Assembly (NCBI GenBank): GCA_965242525.1
Contig: OZ251459.1
Location: forward strand, 1,056,001-1,120,000
DNA from: an uncultured Candidatus Binatia bacterium
Lineage (GTDB): Bacteria; Desulfobacterota; Binatia; UBA9968; JAJDTQ01
Direction of reading: 5' to 3'
DNA length: 64,000 bases
The translations under genes and the position numbers were made by a program. Every line of letters begins with the position of its first letter. Position 1 is the stretch's first letter. Below the pieces are notes generated by a model. That model had not been told where the DNA came from and did no database searches. It saw only the letters and a program-made list of their open reading frames with translations. Positions 46,916 to 56,766 of this stretch are shown here, piece after piece.

Positions 46916-47767
46916 ATGAAGACCAACGGTTACGATCGCAAGGCCGACGACCTCGGCAACGTGGTGGCCCTGGAGCACGTCAACATCACCATCCCGGACC
47001 AGGCCAAGGCCGTGACGTTCTACGTCCTGGGGCTCGGACTGACCCGCGACCCCTACATGAACGTGGGGCTGAACAACATGTGGATCAACGTCGGCGACCA
47101 GCAGTTCCACTTGCCCACCCGGGGCGTCCAGACCGTCCCCGGACACATCGGCCTGGTGCTCTCGGACCTGGAAGCCCTGAAGGAACGGCTGGCCGCGGTG
47201 AAACCCGAACTCAAGCGCACCCGGTTCGAGTGGAGCGACGCCGGCGGCCACGTGGCGGTCACCTGTCCCTGGGGCAACCGCTTCCGGTGCCATGCGCCCG
47301 GGCCGGAGTTCGGCGACATGACCATCGGCATACCCTACGTGGAGTTCTGGACCAGGCCCGGCACGGCCCGGACCATCGGCAAGTTCTACAAGTCGGTCCT
47401 GCAGGCGCCCGTGTCCTACCGGGATGGCGGCGTCCGGGTGAGCGTAGGGCGCAACCAGAGCCTGGTCTTCACCGAGACCGACCGGCCCCTCCCGGAATAC
47501 GACGGACACCACATCGCGGTGTACATCGCCAACTTCTCGCGCGCCCACCGGTTCCTGCTGCGACGCGGCCTCGTCATGGAAGAGAGCAACGCGCACCAGT
47601 ACCGCTTCAAGGACATCGTGGACCCGGCCTCGGGGGAGACCGCCTTCGAGCTGGAGCACGAGGTCCGCAGCCTGTACCATCCCATGCTCGGACGCACCAT
47701 GGTCAACCGGAACGCCGGCCAGACCCAGCGCAACTACACACCCGGACACGACGCCTACCATCCGTAG
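46916..47767 (+). CDS. Glyoxalase/VOC-like hypothetical protein
   Basis: Motifs LEHVNI, FYVLGLG, QQFHLP, CPWGN, GHHIAVY. Confidence 0.65.
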   Translation: MKTNGYDRKADDLGNVVALEHVNITIPDQAKAVTFYVLGLGLTRDPYMNVGLNNMWINVGDQQFHLPTRGVQTVPGHIGLVLSDLEALKERLAAVKPELKRTRFEWSDAGGHVAVTCPWGNRFRCHAPGPEFGDMTIGIPYVEFWTRPGTARTIGKFYKSVLQAPVSYRDGGVRVSVGRNQSLVFTETDRPLPEYDGHHIAVYIANFSRAHRFLLRRGLVMEESNAHQYRFKDIVDPASGETAFELEHEVRSLYHPMLGRTMVNRNAGQTQRNYTPGHDAYHP

Positions 47768-47894
47768 CGCCCCCGTAGCGGCCCGCGAAGGTCGGAAGGG
47801 GAGGACGTAGGACAGGAGAGGCCGGGAAGGGGAACCGTGCAGGCATGGAGAGGCAGGAGAGACGCATACGGTCCAGGAAACGGGAGGACACCCA

Positions 47895-49013
47895 TTGAGC
47901 ACTGACGCCATGCCGGTCATCGACGTGGATTCGCACGTGGAGGAGCCGCAGGAAGCCTGGGAGCATCTCGACCCCGCATACGCCGACCGAAGGCCCTTCC
48001 CGGTGGTGGCCAGGGACGTGCCGGCCCTGGGCGGGATCAACGCCTTCTGGTACATCGACGGGACCGTCTATCCCAAGCCCGTGGGCCGGGGCAACCTGGT
48101 CTATGGCACCCCCACGGAGATGCGCTTCGCCAGGCAGAAGACCTTCAGCATCGGCTCCCAGACCATGACCGACATCGACGCCCGCCTGAAGGACATGGAC
48201 GCGGTGGGCATCGACGTCCAGGTGGTCTTCTCCACGGTCTTCCTCCAGCCGGTTTCGGACGACGTGCTGTTCGAGGCCGCGCTCATGCGCAGCTACAACA
48301 CCTGGATGGCGTCGGCTTGCGCCCAACGGCCGGACCGCCTGAAATGGGGCGCCATCCTGCCCATGCGGGACCCGCGGCTGGCCGTCGAGGAGCTCCACCG
48401 GTGCCTGGAACTCGGCGCCTCGGTGGCCGGGATCTACGGCACCGTGGGCGAGACCATGCTGCACGACCGCTACTACGACCCGTTCTTCGCCGAAGTGGAA
48501 CGCCTCGGCGCGCCCCTGGCCATCCACGCGGGCTGGAGCCATCCGGGCATCACCCGCAGCATGGACGACGTCTCGGGCGCCCGCGCCCTGAGCTTCACGC
48601 TGCCGGTGATGATGGGGTTCTACAGCTTCCTGGCCGGGGGCATCCTGGAGCGGCACCCGCGCCTCCGGGTGGCGTTCATGGAGATCGGCGCCCAGTGGGT
48701 GCCCTACTTGGTGCAGCGGTTCGACCACTACCACCACGCGGACGGCGCCCTGGGCATGCCCTTGCCCATCCAGCAACCGGTGTCCGAGACCCTGAAGCAG
48801 AGCGACGTCTATTTCACCCCGGAAGCCGACGAGATCTTCCTGCCCCAGGTGGCCGAGTACCTGGGGGAGGACCGGCTCCTGTTCGAAGGCGACATGCCCC
48901 ACGCGGAGGCCCGGGAGGGCGCGAAACAGGAGTTGCTGGAGCGGGACGACCTTTCCGAAGACCTCAAGTGGAAGATCCTGAGCGTCAACGGGCGGCGGTT
49001 CCTCGACCTGTGA
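47895..49013 (+). CDS. Amidohydrolase (Amidohydro_2 family)
   Basis: Motifs IDVDSHVEEP, SYNTWM, YDPFF, GILERHPRL, GDMPH. Confidence 0.87.
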   Translation: MSTDAMPVIDVDSHVEEPQEAWEHLDPAYADRRPFPVVARDVPALGGINAFWYIDGTVYPKPVGRGNLVYGTPTEMRFARQKTFSIGSQTMTDIDARLKDMDAVGIDVQVVFSTVFLQPVSDDVLFEAALMRSYNTWMASACAQRPDRLKWGAILPMRDPRLAVEELHRCLELGASVAGIYGTVGETMLHDRYYDPFFAEVERLGAPLAIHAGWSHPGITRSMDDVSGARALSFTLPVMMGFYSFLAGGILERHPRLRVAFMEIGAQWVPYLVQRFDHYHHADGALGMPLPIQQPVSETLKQSDVYFTPEADEIFLPQVAEYLGEDRLLFEGDMPHAEAREGAKQELLERDDLSEDLKWKILSVNGRRFLDL

Positions 49014-49023
49014 CGGAAGCGGC

Positions 49024-49215
49024 ATGAGCCCGGAAGCGCTGGCGGACAGGATCTTCGACCTCCTGAGACAGGGGCCGCTCCACTTCGAGGACGTGTTGCG
49101 GCAGTTCGAGGAAGAGCCCTACCGGGTGGTGCTCCAGGCATGGGGCCGGTTGCGGGAAGCCGGCCGCCTGGGCCGGGAGCTGGAGACCGGCAAGTACGTG
49201 GCCAACGAGGACTGA
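49024..49215 (+). CDS. Small hypothetical protein, possibly a winged-helix fold
   Basis: Tightly packed between co-oriented genes; 63 aa. Confidence 0.6.
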   Translation: MSPEALADRIFDLLRQGPLHFEDVLRQFEEEPYRVVLQAWGRLREAGRLGRELETGKYVANED

Positions 49216-49218
49216 TCC

Positions 49219-49983
49219 ATGACGACAGGTTTCGACGGCAAGGCAATCATCGTCACGGGCGGCGCCCGGGGCATCGGCCGGGTCTATTCCAACGCGCTGG
49301 CCAAGGCCGGCGCCAGGGTCGTGGTGTCGGACGTCCTCGACGGGGAGCCGTGCGCTTCGGAGATACGGGAACGGGGGCAGGAGGCAGTGTTCGTCAAGGC
49401 CGACGTGACCAGTGAGGACAGCGTGACTGCGCTGGCCGCGGCCGCACACGACCGCTTCGGGCGCATCGACGGCCTGGTGAACAACGCCGCGATCTTCGCC
49501 AACCTCCGCTACGCGCCCTTCGACGACATCACCGTGGCCGAGTGGGACGCGGTGATGGACGTGAACGTCAAGGGCGTATGGCTGGCCTCCCGCGCGGTCT
49601 ATCCCTACATGAAGGAGCAGGGCGCCGGCAAGATCGTGAACATCGCCTCCGGCGTGCCCTTCAAGGGCGTCCCGATCTATGTCCACTACACCGTGTCCAA
49701 GGGCGCGGTGGTGGCGCTCACCCGGGCCCTTGCCCGGGCCGCGGGCAAGGACGGCGTCTGCGTCAACGCGGTGGCGCCGGGCCTCACCCGCAGCGAAAGC
49801 CTGCTGGAAGTCCGCGGCGCCCTGGTGGACGAGGACGACATGCCCCAGATCCAGAGCCGCGCCATCCCCCGAAGCCAGTACCCCGAGGACATCGTCGGCG
49901 CGGTCCTGTTCTTCCTGTCGGACGCATCGAGCTTCATCACCGGCCAGACCCTGCTGGTGGACGGCGGTTCGTACATGCACTGA
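49219..49983 (+). CDS. SDR family oxidoreductase
   Basis: Motifs TGGARGIG, NNAA, YTVSK, ITGQTLLVDGG. Confidence 0.9.
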   Translation: MTTGFDGKAIIVTGGARGIGRVYSNALAKAGARVVVSDVLDGEPCASEIRERGQEAVFVKADVTSEDSVTALAAAAHDRFGRIDGLVNNAAIFANLRYAPFDDITVAEWDAVMDVNVKGVWLASRAVYPYMKEQGAGKIVNIASGVPFKGVPIYVHYTVSKGAVVALTRALARAAGKDGVCVNAVAPGLTRSESLLEVRGALVDEDDMPQIQSRAIPRSQYPEDIVGAVLFFLSDASSFITGQTLLVDGGSYMH

Positions 49984-50098
49984 GGTTCTCGGAGCAGGAC
50001 TGCGGCGGTTTTTTTTCGATCCCGATGCCCTTGAACCCGAAAGTTGTTGGCGTTCCTGCCGATGGTTCCTTTCATGGAAACATGACGGGAGGACCATC

Positions 50099-50509
50099 AT
50101 GACCGATTTCGAGATGGCGTCGCTGGCCGTCCGAATCCTGGTCGGGGCGGGTCAGATCGCAGTGGTGTGGTGCGGGATCAGGGCCATGCTGCGGGTTACG
50201 GCCGACCGGGAAACCCAGGGCAAGGAGCAGGCCGAGGCGTCCAGACAGCAGCACGTGGAAGTGATGGCGGCTGCGGACCGGCGGCACGCCGAAGCCATGC
50301 AAGCCGCCGACCGGCAACACACCGAGAACATGAAGGAATCCGAGCGGCGACATGCCGAGACCATGCAGGCTGCCGACCGGCAACACGTCGAGAACATGAA
50401 AGCATCCGAACGGCAGCACGCCGAGACCATGGCCCTCCTGGATGCGCAACGCCGGGCCCTGGAGGCCCTCATCGAGCGCACCGCGCCGCCAAGGGAAAAC
50501 CGTGTGTAA
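50099..50509 (+). CDS. Membrane-anchored hendecad-repeat protein, copy 1 (136 aa, 6 repeats)
   Basis: GGAGG RBS; hydrophobic N-terminus; 11-aa repeats (S/A)(D/E)R(R/Q)HxExMxx. Confidence 0.8.
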   Translation: MTDFEMASLAVRILVGAGQIAVVWCGIRAMLRVTADRETQGKEQAEASRQQHVEVMAAADRRHAEAMQAADRQHTENMKESERRHAETMQAADRQHVENMKASERQHAETMALLDAQRRALEALIERTAPPRENRV

Positions 50510-50571
50510 CGAAAGCCGCACAACCACCGGAAGCGCCGTTCCTTTCATGGAAGCATGACGGGAGGACCATC

Positions 50572-51111
50572 ATGACCGATTTCGAGATGGCGTCGCTGGC
50601 CGCCCGAATCCTGGTCGGGGCGGGTCAGATCGCAGTGGTATGGTATGGGATCAGGACCATGCTGCGGGTCACGGCCGACCGGGAAGCCCAGGGCAAGGAG
50701 CAGGCCGAGGCGTCCAGACGGCAGCACGTGGAAGTGATGGCGGCTGCGGACCGGCGGCACGCCGAAGCCATGCAAGCTGCCGATCGGCAACACGTCGAGA
50801 ACATGAAAGCATCCGATCGGCGACATGCAGAGACCATGGCTGTCCTGGATGCGCAACGCCGGACCTTGGATGCATCTGAGCAGCAGCACACCGAGACCGT
50901 GAAATCATCCGAGCGGCAACACAGCGAGACCGTGAAGTCATCCGAGCAGCAACACACCGAGACCGTGAAGGCATCCGAACGGCAACACACCGAGAGAATG
51001 AAGGCATCCGAGCGGCAACACGCTGAGACCATGGCTGTCCTGGATGCGCAACGCCGGGCCCTGGAGGCTCTCATCGAGCGCACCGCGCCGCCAAGGGAAA
51101 ACCGTACGTAA
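50572..51111 (+). CDS. Membrane-anchored hendecad-repeat protein, copy 2 (179 aa, 9 repeats)
   Basis: Same N- and C-termini as copy 1; internal duplication that includes LDAQRR. Confidence 0.8.
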   Translation: MTDFEMASLAARILVGAGQIAVVWYGIRTMLRVTADREAQGKEQAEASRRQHVEVMAAADRRHAEAMQAADRQHVENMKASDRRHAETMAVLDAQRRTLDASEQQHTETVKSSERQHSETVKSSEQQHTETVKASERQHTERMKASERQHAETMAVLDAQRRALEALIERTAPPRENRT

Positions 51112-51229
51112 CGAAAGCTACGCAACCACCGGAAGCGCCGACAACTGCTTGACGAAGCATTGCGAGTATCAAAGTGGTTGGCTATATTGACTAGTTGAAT
51201 AAACTGGTTGATTTCGGTAGGAGATTCCC

Positions 51230-51469
51230 ATGATCGAAGTCGGCGCGTTCGACGCGAAGACGCATTTGTCTTCGCTCCTCGAGAAAGTCTCGCAGGGCGA
51301 GGAAGTACTCATCCGCAGACGAGGCGTGCCCGTTGCCCGGCTCGTGCCCGTCCACCGCACCGAAGAGGCGCAGGTAGAGGAAGCCATTGCCGCATTGCGC
51401 GCCCACCGCACGGGTATGAAGCTGGGCGGCCTCGACTGGAAGGAACTGCGCGACGGCGGACGGCGGTGA
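51230..51469 (+). CDS. Phd/YefM family antitoxin (orphan)
   Basis: VGAFDAKTHLSSLLEKVSQGEEVLIRRRGVPVARLVP. Confidence 0.9.
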   Translation: MIEVGAFDAKTHLSSLLEKVSQGEEVLIRRRGVPVARLVPVHRTEEAQVEEAIAALRAHRTGMKLGGLDWKELRDGGRR

Positions 51470-51724
51470 GCGTCTTCGTTCCGGCAGTTTGCCAATGTTT
51501 GCTCCGTCTGGTCAGCTAATACCGGCGCCATTGAGGAAACTGGGCTTGGGCTTGGGAAGTTCGAGACGGTGTAGCCCGAAGACCTTGCATGATCCCGGAC
51601 ACCAACATCGAGGGTCTCGGAGCAGGGCTCCCGCGGTTTTTTCGATCTCGATGCTCTCGAACCCGAAAGTTATTGTCGTTCCTGCCGATGGTTCCTTTCA
51701 TGGAAACATGACGGGAGGACCATC

Positions 51725-52036
51725 ATGACCGATTTCGAGATGGCGTCGCTGGCCGCCCGAATCGTGGTCGGGGCGGGTCAGATCGCAGTGGTATGGTGCG
51801 GGATCAGGGCCATGCTGCGGGTTACGGCCGACAGGGAAACCCAAGGCAAAGAGCAGGCCGAGGCGGCCAGACGGCAGCACGTGGAAGTGATGGCGGCTGC
51901 GGACCGGCGGCACGCCGAAGCCATGCAGGCTGCCGAACGGCAGCACGCCGAGACCATGGCCGTCCTGGATGCGCAACGCCGGGCCCTGGAGGCTCTCATC
52001 GAGCGCACCGCGCCGCCAAGGGAAAACCGTACGTAA
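51725..52036 (+). CDS. Membrane-anchored hendecad-repeat protein, copy 3 (103 aa, 3 repeats)
   Basis: Same leader, RBS and termini as copy 1. Confidence 0.8.
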   Translation: MTDFEMASLAARIVVGAGQIAVVWCGIRAMLRVTADRETQGKEQAEAARRQHVEVMAAADRRHAEAMQAAERQHAETMAVLDAQRRALEALIERTAPPRENRT

Positions 52037-52111
52037 GCTCCGTTCTTGGTCCACGCCGAAACGGCGCTCCACACGCTCAAGGCTGCCGATGGTTCCTTCC
52101 ATGGAAAATTC

Positions 52112-52394
52112 GGCTCTTCAGGAATTCGTGTGGGTAAGGCAGGAAGGAAAGGGAAGCGACGTCTCCGCGGACACTCACCCGTCATTCCCGCAAACGCCCC
52201 ACCTTCCGTCATTCCCGCGAAAGCGGGAATCCAGACCTTGCGAGCAAACCCCGTGGACGCCCTGACGAGAGGGTTTGTACAACGAGAGCGAGGAAACTGG
52301 ATGGATTCCCGCTTTCGCGGGGATGACGAGGCGAGGCTTTCGCGGGGATGACAGGATGGGGAGTGTCGCAACCCACACGAATTCCGGAAGCGCC
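52112..52394. mobile_element. MITE family B with a palindrome doublet
   Basis: GGCTCTTCAGGAATTCGTGTGGGT...ACCCACACGAATTCCGGAAGCGCC. Confidence 0.88.
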
Positions 52395-52502
52395 CCGAAG
52401 CCTTGCCACTCGAAAGCCCGGCAACCGGCCTTGCACAGGCAGGGCCTGCCGTGTATTTCTTGGACGCTGTGAGGAAGGTATTCCGCCAAGTCAGGAGTTG
52501 AC

Positions 52503-54203
52503 GTGCCGTCGCTGCAATTCAAGGGGAAGGTGTTCGTGGAGAACTTCCATCTGGGGGTTCCGTTCCACGAGTTGATCCCGGTGCGCGGCAAGGGGCTGGG
52601 CAGGAAGGCGAGCCTGCACGACAACCTGGTGATCGAGGGGGACAACCTTGCCGCGCTGAAGGCGCTGCTGCCCACCTACCACGGCAAGGTGAAGTGCATC
52701 TACATCGACCCGCCCTACAACACCGGCAACGAAGGCTGGGCCTACAACGACCGGGTGAACTCCCCCATGATGCAGGACTGGTTCGGCAAGGTGGTGGACC
52801 GGGACGACCTGACCCGCCACGACAAGTGGTGCTGCATGATGCTGCCCCGGTTGAAGCTGCTGCGCGAACTGCTGCGGGACGACGGGGCCATCTTCGTGTC
52901 CATCGACGACAACGAGGTGCATCGGCTGCGGTCCTTGATGGATGAGGTGTTCGGGGAAGACAACTTCGTCGGCATGATCGCTTGGAGAAACGTCACAGAC
53001 AACAACCCAACCAACATCAGTGTCGAGCACGAGTACATGGCATGTTATGCAGCATCCAAGGATCGACTCGAGACGGTATGGCAGTCCACGCTTCCGATTC
53101 AACAAAAACTGATCGACGTGGGCAACGAGTTCGTTGCCAACTATCTCGATCAGGAGGAACGCCAAGCAGAGTACACCAAGTGGTTCAGCCAAAATCGGAG
53201 CCAACTTCGTCCACTCGACCGTTACAAATACATAGATGCTCAGGGCGTCTATACTGGTAGCCAGAGTGTCCACAACCCTGGAAAGGAAGGTTACCGGTAC
53301 GACGTTATTCATCCCAAGACGGGGAAGCCGTGCAAACAACCTTTGATGGGGTATCGTTTTCCACTGGAGACGATGCAAGAGATGCTAAGGCAAGAACGAA
53401 TCCTGTTTGGAGAAGACGACAGCAAGATCATCGAGATCAAACTCTATGCCACTGAATACCGATCCAAGTTGCCCAGTGTCATTGATCTCGATACGAGACT
53501 GGGATCGTATGAACTCAAGGACATCTTTCCCGAACACAAGCGAGCTTTTGACTTTCCAAAACCTTCCCAATTGATTCATGACCTCGTTTCATTCGCCACC
53601 GACAAGGACTCCATCATCCTCGACTCCTTCGCCGGCTCCGGCACTACCGCCCAGGCGGTCCTGGCGCTGAACCGGGAGGACGGCGGCAACCGCCGTTTCG
53701 TGCTGGTCGAGTGCGAGGACTACGTGGATTCGATCACCGCGGAGCGGGTCCGGCGGGTCATCGCGGGCGTGCCCTCCGCAAAGGATGCGTCCCTCAAGGC
53801 CGGTCTTGGCGGCACCTTCAGCTACTTCAAGCTGGGGCGCCCCATGCGGCGGGAGTCCATGCTGGGCGGGGCGAAGCTGCCGAGCTACGAGAAGCTGGCC
53901 GGGTACGTCTTCTTTACCGCCACGGGCGAGGAGTTCGAGCCCGAAAAGCTGAATCGGAACAGGTGGTTCATCGGCAAGAGCCGGCTGTACGACGTGTTCC
54001 TCATCTATTCGGAAGACGTGGACGAGCTCAAGGACATGGCCTTGACCCTGGACGCCGCTCGAAAACTGTCCCGGGGCCAGCGCAACAAGCTGGTCTTCGC
54101 GCCCACCAAGTACGTGGAGCGGGAGTTCCTGCACCAGTACCGCATCACGTTCCAGCAACTGCCCTTCGAGATATACGAGGCGGTGGAAAAGCTCGAACGA
54201 TGA
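52503..54203 (+). CDS. mod: Type III restriction-modification methyltransferase
   Basis: Motifs IEGDNL, IYIDPPYNTG, SIDDNE, FPKP, DSFAGSGTT. Confidence 0.93.
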   Translation: MPSLQFKGKVFVENFHLGVPFHELIPVRGKGLGRKASLHDNLVIEGDNLAALKALLPTYHGKVKCIYIDPPYNTGNEGWAYNDRVNSPMMQDWFGKVVDRDDLTRHDKWCCMMLPRLKLLRELLRDDGAIFVSIDDNEVHRLRSLMDEVFGEDNFVGMIAWRNVTDNNPTNISVEHEYMACYAASKDRLETVWQSTLPIQQKLIDVGNEFVANYLDQEERQAEYTKWFSQNRSQLRPLDRYKYIDAQGVYTGSQSVHNPGKEGYRYDVIHPKTGKPCKQPLMGYRFPLETMQEMLRQERILFGEDDSKIIEIKLYATEYRSKLPSVIDLDTRLGSYELKDIFPEHKRAFDFPKPSQLIHDLVSFATDKDSIILDSFAGSGTTAQAVLALNREDGGNRRFVLVECEDYVDSITAERVRRVIAGVPSAKDASLKAGLGGTFSYFKLGRPMRRESMLGGAKLPSYEKLAGYVFFTATGEEFEPEKLNRNRWFIGKSRLYDVFLIYSEDVDELKDMALTLDAARKLSRGQRNKLVFAPTKYVEREFLHQYRITFQQLPFEIYEAVEKLER

Positions 54204-56731
54204 TCCTCAAGGAATACCAGAAGCAGGCGCTGGAGACGGTGCAGAAGTTCCTGGAGCAGCTATCCGAGTGGCGCGGGAAGGCCGAGGCGGTCATGGAGGT
54301 GGCGCCGGACCTGCCGGTGGACTGGGTGGGGAAGGCGTGGAGCAACACGGCGCCGGGCCGGGCCTACCTGCCGCGCAGGAACGGCCTGGGCGAGCCGCTG
54401 CCGGCGTTCTGCCTGAAGATCCCCACCGGAGGCGGCAAGACCCTCCTGGCCACGAAGGTCATCGACCTGGTGAACACCCGCTTCCGGCGGCGGCAGACCG
54501 GGCTGGTGCTGTGGATCGTGCCCAGCGCCCAGATCTACGACCAGACGCTGAAGGCATTGAAGGACCGGGACCACCCCTACCGGCAGCAACTCGACGTGGC
54601 CTCCGCGGGCCGCACCCTGGTGCTGGAGAAGACCACCGGCTTCGGACCGCAGGACGTGCGGGAGAACCTGTGCGTGTTGTTGCTGATGCTGCCATCGGCC
54701 AACCGGGAGACCCGGGAGCAGCTCCGGATGTTCCGGGACAGCGGCGGCTTCGACCGCTTCTTTCCGTCGGACGACGACCCTTCGGCCCACGAGGCGCTGC
54801 TGCGGGAGGCGCCGAACCTGGACACGTTCGAGCGGGCGGGCGGGGTGTGGGGGAAACCGGCCAAGACCTCCCTGGGCAACGCGTTGCGCCTGCTGCGACC
54901 GCTGGTCATCCTGGACGAAGGCCACCGGGCCTACAGCCGCAACGCCAAGGCGACCCTCGAAGGGTTCAACCCGTGCATGGTCGTGGAGTTGTCCGCCACG
55001 CCGCCGCGGGAAGCCAACGTGCTGGTGGAGATCTCCGGCCGGGCGCTCGACGCCGAAGAGATGATCAAGCTGGACCTGCACATCGCCAACAAGGCCAGGG
55101 CGAGTTGGCAGGACACGCTGCTGGCCGCGGTGGAGCACCGAAACTCGCTGGAAGCCCGGGCGCGGGAGCACGAGGCCGAGACCGGCGAATACATCCGCCC
55201 CATCTGCCTCGTCCAGGTGGAGCGCACGGGCCGGGAACAGCGCCGGGCCGGGGTCATCCACGCGGACGACGCCCGGGACTACCTGTTGACCTGTCCCGGA
55301 ATCCGTCCCGAGCACGTGGCGGTGAAGACAAGCCAACGGGACGAGTTGAAGGAAGTGGACGAGGTGGGCGGCCTGCTGTCGCGGGACTGTCCCATCCGTT
55401 TCATCATCACCAGGCAGGCGCTGCAGGAGGGCTGGGACTGCTCGTTCGCCTACGTCCTCGCCATACTCGCCAACCCCGCTTCCGCGAGCGCATTGACGCA
55501 ACTGGTGGGCCGCATCCTCCGCCAGCCCCACGCCAGGAAGACCCGGGTCCCGGCGCTGGACGAAAGCTACGTCTTCTGCTTCCAGCGCCGGGGCGCGGAC
55601 CTGTTGCAGGAGGTGCGCAAGGGGTTCGGCCTGGAAGGGTTGCAGGGACTGGAAGGCAAGGTGGTGGAGGACCCCGAAGGACCGGTGGCGCCCAGCAAGC
55701 CGGTGGTGACGCGACAGCGGCCTCCGTACCGGAACGCCGCCCGGGACCTGGTGCTGCCGGCGTTCATGGTGCGGGACGGCCGGGAGTGGCGGTTGGTGCA
55801 TTACGAGGCCGACATCCTCTCCCGCGTGCGCTGGGACGAGGTGGACGTAAGCCCGCTGTTCGACTTGGCGCTCAGCCGGGAGGGAAGCGGGGACTTCACC
55901 CTCAGCACCGGGCTGGACGCGGGCCGGCTGCTGGCCGATGGCGAGACCGCGGCGACCGTGGCCGAAGAAGGCGTCATCGACTACTACTTCGCCGCCAGCC
56001 ACCTGCGCGACGTCATGCCCAACCCGTGGCGCGGCGCGGAAGCGGCCCGGCGGGTGTTCGACGAATTGCTCGGGAAACGCCCGCGGGAGCAGGTGGCCGC
56101 CAACTACCTGTTCGTGCTGGAAGAGTTGCGCAAGCAACTGGAGCGCGAACGGGACAGGCTTTCGCGGCGGGTGTTCGAGGAGATGCTGCGGTCGGGGACC
56201 CTGCGCTTCATCGTAGTGACCGACGACCTGCAATGGAACCGGCTGCCGCGCACCATCGAGACGCCGGACGCGAAGCAGGCCAACCGGGAGGACGGCGGCG
56301 CCTACCAGTTCAACCTGTTCGACCGGACCAACGAAGACGACTTGAACGGCCTGGAGAACAAGGTGGCCACCTACCTGGACCGGCAGGAGCGGCTGTTCTT
56401 CTGGTACCGGAACCGCGCCCGCAGGGACTACTACGTGCAGGGCTGGAAACCCCGGCGCATCTACGCGGACTTCATCGTGACCCTCAGGCCCGACGAGCCC
56501 GACGCAGAGGACGAATACCACCGGGTCTTCGTGCTGGAGACCAAGGGCGTCCACCTGAAGGGCTCCGAGGACACCGCCTACAAGCGCTCGGTGTTCGACC
56601 TCTGCTCCAGGCACGCCCGGAAGACGGACTGGTCGGAGTTCGTGCCGGCCATGCGCAACAAGGTGGTGCGCTTCGAGGTCGTGGACGAAGAGGAATGGCA
56701 GCAGCGCCTGAACGCGATGCTGGCGGCGTAG
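54200..56731 (+). CDS. res: Type III restriction endonuclease subunit
   Basis: Motifs PTGGGKT, DEGH, SATP, LQEGWD, QLVGRILR; C-terminal ADF...LETKG nuclease motif; ATGA overlap with mod. Confidence 0.9.
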   Translation: MILKEYQKQALETVQKFLEQLSEWRGKAEAVMEVAPDLPVDWVGKAWSNTAPGRAYLPRRNGLGEPLPAFCLKIPTGGGKTLLATKVIDLVNTRFRRRQTGLVLWIVPSAQIYDQTLKALKDRDHPYRQQLDVASAGRTLVLEKTTGFGPQDVRENLCVLLLMLPSANRETREQLRMFRDSGGFDRFFPSDDDPSAHEALLREAPNLDTFERAGGVWGKPAKTSLGNALRLLRPLVILDEGHRAYSRNAKATLEGFNPCMVVELSATPPREANVLVEISGRALDAEEMIKLDLHIANKARASWQDTLLAAVEHRNSLEARAREHEAETGEYIRPICLVQVERTGREQRRAGVIHADDARDYLLTCPGIRPEHVAVKTSQRDELKEVDEVGGLLSRDCPIRFIITRQALQEGWDCSFAYVLAILANPASASALTQLVGRILRQPHARKTRVPALDESYVFCFQRRGADLLQEVRKGFGLEGLQGLEGKVVEDPEGPVAPSKPVVTRQRPPYRNAARDLVLPAFMVRDGREWRLVHYEADILSRVRWDEVDVSPLFDLALSREGSGDFTLSTGLDAGRLLADGETAATVAEEGVIDYYFAASHLRDVMPNPWRGAEAARRVFDELLGKRPREQVAANYLFVLEELRKQLERERDRLSRRVFEEMLRSGTLRFIVVTDDLQWNRLPRTIETPDAKQANREDGGAYQFNLFDRTNEDDLNGLENKVATYLDRQERLFFWYRNRARRDYYVQGWKPRRIYADFIVTLRPDEPDAEDEYHRVFVLETKGVHLKGSEDTAYKRSVFDLCSRHARKTDWSEFVPAMRNKVVRFEVVDEEEWQQRLNAMLAA

Positions 56732-56766
56732 CTTGGCGGCCGTCGCACGAGGGCAGGGGAGAGGCC

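Noticed and set aside
50099-52036. Integron cassette array
   Set aside because: The TAAC...GTT spacing is about 30 bp and does not fit RYYYAAC/GTTRRRY attC sites; no integrase is present.
52503-54203. Phase-variable mod (phasevarion)
   Set aside because: No simple-sequence repeat tract is seen in or upstream of the gene.
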